From Squalus acanthias (lineage: Eukaryota), in the NCBI GenBank assembly GCA_030390025.1, contig CM059428.1:19902001-19966000 (forward strand): DNA of 64,000 nt, in the 5' to 3' direction. Of this stretch, positions 38,450-51,032 are shown piece by piece. Position 1 is the first letter of the stretch, and every line of letters begins with the position of its first letter. Under the pieces are notes generated by a model, which worked only from the letters and a program-made list of their open reading frames with translations, was not told the origin of the DNA and ran no database searches. Both the position numbers and the translations under genes were made by a program.

Positions 38450-41400
38450 CCTGTGACATATCCATCCTTGACAATAAGTATCGCCGACATCTATCTAATT
38501 CAGTATTTATCAAATTTTTGCTGTCGAAGCCCCACCAAAAACTTTTAGCCTCCTATGTGCCTTTTCTTAAGGATATTGGTACCAGTAAGTCTGCAAAAGA
38601 GTCTCTCCAGCATGCTGTTATAATGGCAGGGATAAGGTGAACTGTGAAGGGAGATTTGTCTTGAGTTGGTATTAAGCTGATACATGGGTTGTTCTGTTCA
38701 TGCACAAAAAAGCCCAAGATTGATAAAGGACGCAATACATTTTAGTAATCTATTTTGGGCCACCTGCTATTTGAATAATGACATTGTCACTTTATAATGA
38801 ATAGACTACACAGGTGAGCTGGCTGTTTGTAATTACATGCAATGGCCATATGTTGCTGGAGATATAAAATTACAGCTTTATTCTAGTGCATGCTCTTAAA
38901 AAAAAAAAAAAATTGGTTTAGAAAAATCAAGGGGTATTTAATAATTTTTTTTTAAAAAAACCACGAATAAGTTTTATTTCCCAAGCTCAAGTAACTAAAC
39001 TAAACTATGTTTCTGGATTTGTACCTATGTCACATAACCACGAACTGCATTTTAGTATTGTCAACTAGGGTAAGGAATACAGTTCCTTTGACCAACTGGA
39101 TTCTGACTTTAATTTGACAAAAATCTGTTTTTATTGCAGGACAAAATAATTTTTGCCATAATAATATGCTAATTTAGGGAAAAAGCCTAAATATTGAAAC
39201 TTTTGAAGACTGTATCACTACAGAAATATTTTCCCAGGAAACGCTGCACTGTAAGTGTAATAAACACAGATTGAGGATCAAACGAACAGTTTATGCCAGC
39301 TTGTGAATGATGTTTAAAGTTCCTGTGAGTTTTAACTGCTGGTCTTATGGTGTAAAATATTTACAAGGCTATAGTTTGTTTACGTTATTACATTGAACTT
39401 CATTTTTTTTCCCCCATTTAGAAAAATAATTTATGTAACTTCTTGTAACTCCACAAAATTCAGAAGTGTGTTTTTTATCAAAACATTTTTAGATTTTGAA
39501 ACTGACTGAATTTAATCAGATTAATTTTGTAAGAGCAAATTTATTTGTATAAGAATATTTTACAGTAATTTTTGTGCTTTTAACATTTTTATAGTAGTTT
39601 AAATATAGATCATTTTATCAATGATTTAAAAAAAAACGTATTTTCTGCTGATGTGTTACAAGTAAAATGTGGTTCCTACAAGAGATGATGCCCTTTTGTT
39701 GGACTTATCTGTATTATGCAATACTTTATTGGACTATCAGAATTTAAAAGAACTAATGGTGTAATTCTATTTTTTATGTTCCACATTAATTACTATATTA
39801 TTTATTTTCAAAGTTGCCAAATTTGAGCAGTTTGATAAGAAAAATACTTTCCTAAATTCATAGCAAATCTTTCCAACTCTATTTGAAGTTTAAAAGCTCA
39901 GAAATTCTACTTTGTTGCATACATGTTAGACTGCTTCATCTCGGATTTGTTATGCTAAATTTATAAATAAAGACTTTGTTTTAATCCTGTTAGTACATGT
40001 TACTTTGGAAAAAATCTCTGTGGAATTGAATTGTAATTGTAACTCGTGTGTGCGTAATTGCACATAATGAGCTCTGTACATGAATGGTGTTGTTCATAGT
40101 GCTCTTTCCTTTCTTAACGTCGCTTTTCTTTAAGAGATACTTAACTCCTAGATTATTCTTTAAATGTATAGTTTTGTAATGACTGCAATACCATGTTACA
40201 AATCTCAAAAAATGGAAATTCCACCGCTTCTTGAAACCATTATAATTTGTGACCTTTTTGTTTAGTTCATTTTTTGGGCCAGGGTGAGAAAGAAGAATAT
40301 TTTTATTTTAACAGTAAGTGTTGAAAAGAATTACTTGTGGGAGCACTTTCTGGCCTGACTCTCTGAACGCTCTCAAGTATTATCACTAGAAATACTCACA
40401 AACCTAGGGTTATTTAGCATTCTCATCCTTTTAGATATTTGTGTTAATTCATCTCATTATATTCTTCCTTTAGTTACCAGTATCTCTAATAATATAAGTA
40501 CTCATTTTTATTTTAAATGCAACAATAAAAATAGAAAAGGGAGGTGGATGGAAACTAAGGATGAGAGTTAGTCCTAAATCCTCGTAACTCTTAATTTAAA
40601 AAGGGTTATTGAAAGTGATATATACTTATAAAAAGTTGCAAAATACAGTATAAACTGCAATATTTTCCTAAAATAATTTAAAATTGGCATTTTTGTCATT
40701 TCATGGAGTTATTGAAATCTCTCAAACCAGGTGAACACATATGTGTAAATAAAATTCCTAAAAATACATATTTTTAAATATTAAACTGGATTGACATAGG
40801 GAAGCATTGTTCAGTATTTACACTGGGTAAATAATTGGGTACAGTAGGTGCACTGTATCGCCTACTTTACATTTCATACCAATAAAAAAATGTATTCATT
40901 GCAACTGTAAATATGAAATCTTTTGGTCAGTGTAAGTTCCCGCATATGTGTAGAACCCCGTGTATTACTGTAAAGGGCCAGTTTGGTATTCATTTACTTA
41001 AGTGGATTTTTAAATAGCTGAATAGAATTTAGCCATTTGATCATGAAATAGATTCATAAGCTTACACAAGTCAGGTGCATTGAAGGACATTGTAAAGCCC
41101 CCAGTTTCCCTGAGGCACTAATCACCAGTAGCCCTGTATTAACAAAATGATTATCCAGAAAAGTAGTTATGAATTGTAGCTCTGTTGTAGTTTTACAATT
41201 GAGCTACACTGTGTAACTTAATTGTAAATTACATTTGCTGTGCAGTTTTTAAACATGCAAACTAACCGTACTCTCAATGTTATGGGGAAAATAGAAATCT
41301 TTTGAATTTGTAACAAGTTCAATTTCAATGTTCATGAAGATAGACACTTACAATTCATTTACGTTGGATCTGTTAGGCTACCTGTCATTTGTAGAAAATG

Positions 41401-41741
41401 ATGCATCTCATATGGCACGCAGATACGCACAGACACACAAGTGGACCAATGCTATTATTGGGAATCATTTGTGACTGACAACTGTTTTCACAGACCTCAT
41501 GTAAGCAATTAGTGAATGCTTTTATTTAGAATTTTAATTCATCATAACTTCAAAATAGAACTTTCTTGAGATCCTGTAATTTTTTTGAATACTGTTAATG
41601 GGTACAATAACATGTAGCTTTTTGAGAGTCTGTTACATCAAATGGTTTTAAAAATAAATCATTCACAAAGAATTATGACCAAATTTAATATCCTTATTAT
41701 TGTTAATTTAGGGTATATTTGTTTAACCAGGGAATATATAT

Positions 41742-43152
41742 ATTTTTTTTTATTCGTTTGTGGGATGTGGGCGTCGCTGGCAAGGCCAGCATTTATTGCC
41801 TATCCCTAATTGTCCTTGAGAAGGTGGTGGTGGTGAGCCGCCTTCTTGAACCGCTGCAGTCCGTGTGGTGAAGGTACTCCCATAGTGCTGTTAGGGAGGG
41901 AGTTCCAAGATTTTTGACCCAGCAACAATGAAGGATTGGCGATATACTTCTAAGTCAGGATGGTGTGTGACTTGGAGGGGAACTTGGAGGTGGTGGTGTT
42001 CCCATGCGCCTGCTGCCCTTGTCCTTCTAGGTGGAAGAGGTCACGGGTTTGGGAGGTGGTGCCGAAGAAGCCTTGGCGAGTTGCTGCATTGCATCTTGTA
42101 GATGATGCACACTGCAGCCACAATACGTCGGTGGTGGAGGGAGTGAATGTTTAAGGTGGTGGATGGGGTGCCAATCAAGCGGGCTGCTTTGTCCTGGATG
42201 GTGTCGAGCTTCTTGAGTGTTGTTGGAGCTGCACTTATCCAGGCAAGTGGAGAGTATTCCATCACACTCCTTACTTGTGCCTTGTAGATGGTGGAAAGGC
42301 TTTGTGGAGTCAGGAGGTGAGACACTCGCTGCAGAATACCTAGTCTCTGACCTGCTCTTGTTGCCACAGTATTTATGTGGCTGGTCCAGTTAAGTTTCTG
42401 GTCAATGGTGACCCCCCAGGATGTTGATGGTGGGGGATTCAGCGATGGTAATGTCATTGAATGTCAAGGGGTGGTGGTTAGACTCTTGCTTGTTGGAGAT
42501 AGTCATTGCCTGGTACTTCTGTGGCGCGAATGTTGCCTGCCACTTATCAGTCCAAGCCTGAATGTCGTCTAGGTCTTGTTGCATGCGTGCATGGACTGCT
42601 TCATTATCTGAGGAGTTGTGAATGGCACTGAACACTGTGCAGTCATCAGCGAACATCCCTATTTCTGACCTTATGTTGGAGGGAAGATCATTGATGAAGC
42701 AGCTGAAGATGGTTGGGCCTAGGACACTGCCCTGAGGAACTCCTGCAGCGATGTCCTGGGGCTGTGATGATTGACCTTCAACCACCGCAACCACCTTCCT
42801 TTGTGCTAGGTATGACTCCAGCCAGTGGAGAGTTTTCCCCCCCGATTCCCATTGACTTCAGTTTTACTAGGGCTCCTTGATGCCACACTCGGTCACTCTC
42901 ACCTCACCTCTGGAATTCAGCTCCTTTGTCCATGTTTGGACCAAGGCTGTAATGAGGTCGGGAGCCGAGTGGTCTTGGTGGAACCCAAACTGGGCATCAG
43001 TGAGCAGGTTATAGGTGAGTAAGTGCCGCTTGATAACACTGTCGATGACACCTTCCATCACTTTGCTGATGATTGAGAGTAGACTGATTGGGTGGTAATT
43101 GGCCAGATTGGATTTGTCCTGCTTTTTGTGGACAGGACATACCTGGGCAGTT
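41742..43152 (-). mobile_element. LINE RT fragment with 3' tail (Crack/Daphne-like family)
   Basis: AQFGFHQDHS, GVPQGSVLGP, MFADDCT, YKAQVRSVMEY; poly-A tail at ~41742. Confidence 0.9.
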
Positions 43153-46084
43153 TGATAACATTTGAGACAGGCTTGGTGGGGTTACTGAGCTTGATTGTGC
43201 AAAGTAGCTGATAGTCATTAACCCAGAAACTTTGCAATAATTCTATCGTTTCAACTGGATCTTGGTATTAATTCAACTCTTTCTTATTGATATACTGTAC
43301 TCAGTAACTTCTCTGAGCCATTTCTTTGGTTGTGCTATTAATACTTGTTTGGCATATGTATTTCAAGTATTGGGAATAGACAAAAAATCCAAATGATTTT
43401 CTTTATCGTAGAGACTTAACTTTGATTGTTCAACAATAATGGTAAAATATAGTTTTTTTTTTAAAAACCCTACATTGCTGGATCACAGTAACTCTCTGTA
43501 AGTAGAGTGAAGTTGGTTAAGCAATTATACTCCATAAGTCCACTACAATTAATTTGCCAGTCTTGAAGCCTACTTTATGAAGATTACCGTATCTGGTCAG
43601 TTTTCAACATTTGCTTAAAGCCAGGAAATTTTCCATTTTTCTAAGGTTTCAATGTTTGTCAGGTAACTCAAGCAATGAAAAGTGTTAGGTTAGTTTACAG
43701 TTGCAGTGTATTCAGCATTAATTAGTTAAAGGGATGTTGTCATTGTCTTTAGGAGTTTTCTTGGGTTGCTTTGATACTGGCACTGTTTCAGTTTTGATTC
43801 CAGAAAACCAGCCTCTGGATTTTAAACTGTTAAATCCGTTCCTTTCGCCTGGTTGCAGCTTCATAAATCCACAAAAAACTGGCTCTACGAGTTTACCACC
43901 AGAACGAGGGAGCTGGATTTAGCAGCATAAATGTCGGGCTCACAAACGCTGGTCTCTGGAATTTGAACTGAAACAAAAGCGATATAAAAGTAATTTTAAA
44001 CTTTACCCAGTAAAAATGGGTCCACCCAACTATTGATCATGGCAAATCCTGGCAGGTTTACTTTTGGATTTCAACTGGCTGCGTGAGAGGCGTGTGTCAG
44101 TAGCCGGCTCCATTAGCACAAGTACCGTGCAATGTAAACACAGCTTTAGTGTGTGTTTTTTATCAAATTCTGCCACAATGACCGAACAGTTCAAACTGCT
44201 ACTATTCAAACTTTTTCTAATTGTTCTTCAGTTGCTTTATTTATGCTCCCCCTTAATCTGTCTATCCATCTAATTTGAAAATGCATTTTGGCAAGGATGA
44301 TTTGTGACTCTTGCCATACGCACCTAGATATTACAAGCCTGTACTAGGTCCTTGAAAGATAAATGGTCTTGATGACAGTGCCCCTTTAAATATCTCCAGT
44401 GAAGGAACACAGCCTTTATTGCAAAATTAAATAATTTTTATTTTGCTCGTTGGAAATCAAAGGCTTAGATTGAATAGAGGTGATCAACTGTTGGAGTGAA
44501 AATTAGCTCCCATGTATGATGTGCGCAGTTTGCCTTGGAATTGTACACTTTCTGCTGGGAAAACTTACAATAATAGCTGCTGTGTGATAGAAGAAGTAAC
44601 TGCTGCTGATGTACAATTCATCCTGCTTGTGTAGTGGGTGTTATCAACGGGTAATATTTTCTTTCTCTGTATTGTGAATTTGATGGGTCCTAATGCTTTT
44701 CACTGCTGAGGTTGGGAATGCATTCAGGGTAGCCTTTTGAGGGTGTCCAGGAGCTGATGTAAGGCTGCTATACTTCAGTGAATTCTCAGTATGTGTTTAT
44801 TTTATTCATTTACATTTTTTGTTGTAGCTGTTTGTTTCTACTAGCCCCTTTGGGATAGGTTCGGCCAGTGATATGGGAGCAGTCTGCAGATTATGAGGTG
44901 GGAACATATGGTTCTAGTAAAATCCTTTAAACCTGTTCCCAAATATAACACTTTCAAGAGCAGAAAATGCTCCCCCTGTCCACCTCCCATCAAAAAGTCC
45001 AAGTTGAGAGAAAGGTTGTAAAGCAAATGCTTTCCTAGATGTGTTAGCTTTTGCCACCTCTTATTGCTATGGAAAAGCAATAGTTCACCCTTGTATTTTG
45101 TGATTTAATGATGCCAGTGACAGCTGAAATATTACATTTAGTTTTGGAGGTAATGGTGCATTCTTGACTTTTTACTGAATTGTACTTTTTAGATTTAATA
45201 AGTATTTTCATACTTTTTTAAAAAACTGTGATTCTGAATGTGTAGCAATTCTCAATACAACACTTAATTTTGGATGTTGGGAAGTTCTCTAAGTGTTCCA
45301 TTTTGTGTGTTAAATACTGACAATTATTTTCGAATTTTGCTTTAATTCCTGTTAAATTATGCCTGCTTAACTCTCCCACCAGCTTTTGGTAATGTACAAA
45401 CGTTCTGACTGAGTCACCTGCTTGTGGTAAAGTTTTCTGAATCTTGCTTGTGCATTAATTACTAATGTTTCTTAAAAAATCATTTTGCTAAACATTCAAT
45501 TAGATTTTCATCTATTAAATTCCAAAATGCAGCACTGTAAGCCATGTTCGTGCCATGAGATGTGATGCCTCTGAAAGAGTTAAATTTTATCCCAACTACA
45601 GAATGTTCCACAAATATGAATGTTTGAAGCAAAGATAAATCTGCAAAAACCAACTGACGAAACATGCCAGTTCCATGCGGGATATATGACTTCAGCCCGA
45701 AATACAGCTTTATTGATAGTGAAAAGAATGACAGGAAGATGTTGTAGTAAAATGGTGCAGTTCCACAGACATTGTACTACATTTGTTATCTAGAACTTGC
45801 TGCATTTATGCCACCATGTACACAAACCCAGCTAATCTGCAGTCTGTCACCTCAGTCAAGTCATTGTTTAGTCTGTTGCATAAATGGAAATGTTTGTAAG
45901 ATCAAGTTCTTTCCCTCGTAACAGAAAACTTCTGTTTTCATGGAGGAAACAACACATTCTTACTTACATTACATTGCTGATGTACAGTAACTTGTTTGCA
46001 TGTTTTTTAGACTTTGTTTATTCTGCTTGCAGATAGGGAGCTGATAAAAAGTTACTTGATGCTTTCAACTATTGGTCTAATATG

Positions 46085-48010
46085 ATTTTTTAAATGTGTA
46101 CTCTGGATGTGGACAATGCTGGCAAGGCCATTGTTACTGCCCAACTCTAGTTACCCTGAGAAGGTAGTGGTGGCCCTTCTTGAACCGCTGCAGTCTTCGT
46201 GCTGTTGATGTTCTCATGATAGTTTTAAGGAATTCAAAGAATTTAAACCAGTGATGACGAAGGAACAATGGTATATGTACAAATCAGGAAGGTGTGTGAC
46301 TTGGAATGGAACCTGGAAGGGTTGCTGTTCCCATGATCTTGGTACGAATGTTCTGTCACTTTCAGCCCAAGCCTGTGTGATGTGACCCAGCTACTGCTGT
46401 AGGCTAGCATGGGCTGCTTCATTAATAGAAGTGGTTAATGGAGCTAAACACTGCAGAACCATCAACTCAGTCCCACTCCTGACCTTATGATAGAGGGAAG
46501 GTTATTAATGTAGCAGCTAGAGATGTTTGGGTGGAGGATGCTTCCCTGAGGAATTCCTGCAACCAAATTCTTGTGGCTATGATGACTGGCCTCCAACAAC
46601 CATAATCATCTTCCTTAGTGCAGGGTATGACTCCAGCCATTTGGAGAGTTTTCACATTGACCTCACACCCCTTGACCTCAGTTTTGCCATGGCTCCTTGG
46701 TGCCATACTCGGTTGAATGCTACCTTAATGTTGAGGGTAGCTACTCTCGCCTATCTTCCGGCATTCAGCACTTGTGTTTATGTTTGGATCAAGACTGTGA
46801 TGAGGTTTGGAGCTGACTAGTTCTGGTGGAACCCGAACTGAGCATCAGTGAGCAGACTATTGATGAGTATGTGTTGCTTGAGGGCAGTACTGATGACTCC
46901 TTCCATCACTTGGTTGATGATTAAGGAGGCTGATAGGGTGGTTTTCTTCTTGTTCCGTATGGTAGTAGCAAAAAAACAAATTAAATATCAATATCTAAGT
47001 CAGATATCCAGACCAAAACTTCCAGTGTAACAGCGTGGCTATCTTGTAGGCTGCCTGCGAATTTCCTCTGAGGGCACTGCTCATTGATGTGCTCCAGGAT
47101 CTGATTAGGAGCTCCGCAGTCGCTTTAATCTTCCCTCTATGGAGGCAGCAGCATCTACCATGACCGGTTCTGAGGCGGTTGATGGTTGTCCACTGTTTGC
47201 AAGGAAGGTTTGACCCTTCAGATTGTACTGTGAGGTCCTTTTATAAGCAATCCATTTAGTATGCTGCAGTTCTTCCAAACATTTCGCCATCGGTCATCAA
47301 GGCTACGGGTGGTAATTGGCTGTTTTTTTGTGATAAGACATACCTAGGTAATTTTCTACATTTTCAGATAGGTGTCAATTTATAACTGCGTTGGAAAAGC
47401 TATGTAAGGAGGATGGCTAGTTCCGGTGTGCGGGTCTTCAGCATTATGCCTGGATGTTGTCAGGGCTCATAGCCCTCACTGTTCTAGTGCACTTAGCCAC
47501 TTCTTAATGTCACATGGAGTGCTCGCAAAAGCTTCAGCCTTCTTTTGTACTCATGCTGGGCTCCACCACAGTTGAGATTGGGGATGTTCATGGAGTCTTC
47601 TCTTCTCATTAGTTGCCTGATTGTACACCACCATTCTTGACTGGATTTGGTAGGGCTACAGACCTCTGCCCTGATCGGGTTAGTTGTGAAACTGATTAGC
47701 TCTGTCTGTTGGCTGCGCGTTCTATGCTTATCATGCAGATAACCCTGTTTCATAGGTTCACGAGGTTGGTGCCTCATTCTAAGGTACACTAGGTATTGTT
47801 CCTGTCATGCTCTTCTGAACTCCCCATTGAACCAAGTTTAGTTTCCTGGCTTGATGGTGTTGGAAGAGTGAGGGATATGCCGAGTCATGATGTTACAGAT
47901 TGTGGTGGTGTACAGTTCTGCTGCTGATGGCCCACAGTGCTTCAAGGATGCCTTGTTAGTCTGCCCCACTTAGCACGGTGGTAAGTACCACACCATATGA
48001 TGGGAGGGTA
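46085..48010 (-). mobile_element. Older, fragmented copy of the same LINE family
   Basis: Patchy similarity to 41742-43152 (ggcaaggcca...gagaaggtagtggtg; ccctgaggaattcctgca; ggtggaacccgaactgagcatcagtgagcag). Confidence 0.65.
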
Positions 48011-48164
48011 TCCGCTCTATCATTGTACCATTTATTTTGGGAAGCTGTAAACATAATGCACATTAATAATTTACTGTCAAATGTGATTTTTATTTCATAT
48101 ATGACCTTTTCTCAAACTTTTCATTTTTTGTTTGGTACAGTTTACATTTCCCATTATTTAATTG

Positions 48165-49141
48165 TAAGTCTGCAATTGATCCGTGCAGCAGCCAGATACA
48201 CACTTTTAATTCTTAACGCTATCCGCCAAAATATACTGTAGCCGATGAACAAACGGCACCTGCCGTTAGTTAGACTTGCCCTTGCCAGTTTAATCGCCAT
48301 GAACTTTTACACGGCAAGTTGCTGTATGTGGGAGATCAAAATGGCGCGGCACCCTCTACAGGGCATCTGGGGCCTGTGTGAACAGGGCAAACAACTGTGT
48401 ATCTCCTTAACCAATCAGATTGAAAAATTGTTAATGAACAACACAGAGTCTGAACCAGGAAGTGTAAGTCAGAATAGTGAATTCAATGTCAAATCAGGTA
48501 AAGAAAGAGAAATAAAGAGAGGGAAAGAAAGATTGGCTTAAGAGAGAGAGAGAGATAAAAGAGACGGAAAGAAAAAGTATAAAAATAACTTAAATTTTGT
48601 TTTTAAATCTCCAACAATAGTTAAAAGCTGAAGGAATGAGACTCCACACTTCTAAAAGTTAATTTTCAGTGCCGGAGAGGTTGTTTGGCAGTAATTAAGA
48701 CTTATCACGCCATTAAAAAGGGTACTTTGAGTGAAATGGACAAGTCCTGACCAATGTTCCCTTTAATTTTTTTGGGTGTGCGGTCTATTCAAATTCCTGC
48801 GCATGCGTGGTTTTTCCTGTTGTAAAGCCGGCAAGCGACCTGCGCGGGACCTGCAGACAGCTGCACAGCTTAATGGGAACATTGGCCTTGACTTTCTGTG
48901 GCAATTTTAGTCTGTATCCAGGACGTCAGTACAGGAACTTCACGTCATTCAATACATTTGAATGGGGAGCCAGACAGCGAGATGCTGTTTTCGTGCAGCT
49001 TACGGAGGAGTGGCGCATCTCGGAGAGCAACCTCTGGATTTTCACGTTTAACTGCACATCTGCGCTGGCCTGAAGTTGCTGTCCGATTTGCGCATAAATA
49101 ACGGTAAACCTCACCGTTATTTTTATAGTAAATTCTGTCCC
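48165..49141. mobile_element. Harbinger-type non-autonomous element, related to 56954-58884 in opposite orientation
   Basis: Right end reverse complement GGGACAGAATTTACT...gcgcaaatcggacagcaact matches 56954 onward; AG-rich interior mirrors the CT-rich 58530-58620; left end unclear. Confidence 0.7.
48752..48884. mobile_element. Short hAT-type MITE nested in the above
   Basis: Perfect 10-bp TIRs CAATGTTCCC / GGGAACATTG; 8-bp TSD GTCCTGAC/GCCTTGAC. Confidence 0.85.
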
Positions 49142-49537
49142 TATATAGTTAGTGTTTTTTTAAAATTCTGTATTAAATAATGTTTTTTTTTACATAATGG
49201 AAGTGTAAAATATATTTTTCCATCTGAGGTCAAAGAAAAACAAAAAAAGAACTAAACCAGCAAAAATAAGTGAGCAAAAAGGAGCCTAATAAAGGGTGAT
49301 ACTGCGGCAGTGATAGAGATGAAACTGGAATAATAAGGGTCACCTATGAGGGTAGATATGGGAATCCAGTTTTGAGTGGATTAGGCTACATGTATAAAGA
49401 AGAATGTGACTATAGGGAAGTTGGCCATAGTGATCAAGGTTCTGTACAGATAAGATTTTGATTGTCAGCACTATTTAAACCATATATTTTGGGAATACTG
49501 ATTGCACCCTCTTTGTGTGCCATAGAATTATAGAATA

Positions 49538-49990
49538 AGAAAGAAAGACTTGCATTTATATAGCGCCTTTCACGACCACCGGACGTCTCAAAGCGCTGTA
49601 CAGCCAATGAAGTACTTTTTGAAGTGGAGTCACTGTTGTAATGTGGGAATACACTGTTGTGATACAGCACAGAAGGAGGCCATTAAGCCTGCGCCGGCTC
49701 TTTTGAAAAGCAATCCAGTTAGTCCCACTCCCCTGCTCTTTCCCTACAATTTTTTTGTCCTTAAAGGATTTATCCAATTTTTGAAAGCTACTATGGAATC
49801 TGTTTCCACCACCCTATCAGGCAGTGCACTCCAAATCCTAACCACTCGTTGCGTAAAAAAGTTTTTCCTCATGTCCCCTCTGGTTCTTTTGCCAATCACC
49901 TTAAATCTGTGCCCTCTCATTATCAACCATTGGAAACAGTTTCTCTTTATTTACTCTATCTACACACTTCATGATTTTAAACACCTCTGT
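49538..49990 (-). mobile_element. CR1 3' fragment with a Deu-SINE 3' tail (49538-49650) inserted at its end
   Basis: RGHRFKVIGKRTRGDMRKNFFTQRVVRIW on the minus strand; aaagaaagacttgcatttatatagcgcctttcacgacc SINE tail. Confidence 0.8.
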
Positions 49991-50809
49991 GCCTGAACCT
50001 GAATGCCATGGAGTCCCTAAATCCTACCCTCTCCTATAATCTAACGGCTTACCTTATCTTCCTTCCTACTTTTTTCAATCTTGGGGCGTCTTGCACTCTG
50101 ACCTGTATCTCAGTAAAAAAAAAATAATGGAATGATGTTTCATTTACTCTGCAAAAGAAATACAAATGTTAAACACTTTTGTTTGTGTGTCTCCATTCTC
50201 ATTTTCTTCCTTTTCTGTTTCTCTCTCCCTCTTTCTCTAGCACGCACAAATACACACTCACTCACTCACTCACTCACCTTTCTCTCTCGCACGCACGTGG
50301 AATATAAGCCTGAGACCAATTATTACCGTGAAATTACTTCATGGTATTGAGCTGATGTTTATGTTTTATTAACAATGTACAAAGCATGTTGTGGCATTGT
50401 TTTATTGCTTTCTTTGTGCTGACAACTGCAGTCAGTATGATTGTCGATGAGTGATGCTGCTTACACTGAAGAAGTGAGGATTTGATATCTCAATAAGTTT
50501 ACCAGTATGAGCATTGTTATTCTATGTTTGTGTGTATGTGTAAGTGAGACAGGTAATGGCTAAAGTACATTACCACAGGAATGACATTTTGCAGAAAAGA
50601 ACATTCCAGGAACAAATTTTGTATTGATTCTCAGTTTGTGCAAGGTTAGCATGAGTGGGAGTAGCATAGTCACACAGATGTTACATGGAGACCATCCAAC
50701 ACATGGTCTGTGCTTGAGCTTCACTCATGGTATGTAATACCACTGGCCTATTGTGCAGTTTATTTATTCTAATCTTTAATTTTCTCCACTTTTACATGAC
50801 ACACAAGGA

Positions 50810-51032
50810 ATAATTTTCCTGGGCACAGTGGTTTGCTTGGGTGCAGAGAATATCAGAAAATTGAGTGGCTCGGATCATATGGCTGTACTGGTTTTGCCTT
50901 CCACTAACTTAAATGGGAAGATAATAAAGCAGACTGCCTTAGTGGCATGAGCCCCGGCCTACCCGATTTTCCAATATTCATTGCACCCAGGGGATACAGT
51001 GCACCTGAGTGCTGACCCAGGAAAATCTCCCC
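50810..51032. mobile_element. Decayed palindromic MITE
   Basis: ATTTTCCTGGG / CCCAGGAAAAT and inner TGGGTGCA..AATAT / ATATT..TGCACCCA inverted pairs. Confidence 0.5.
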
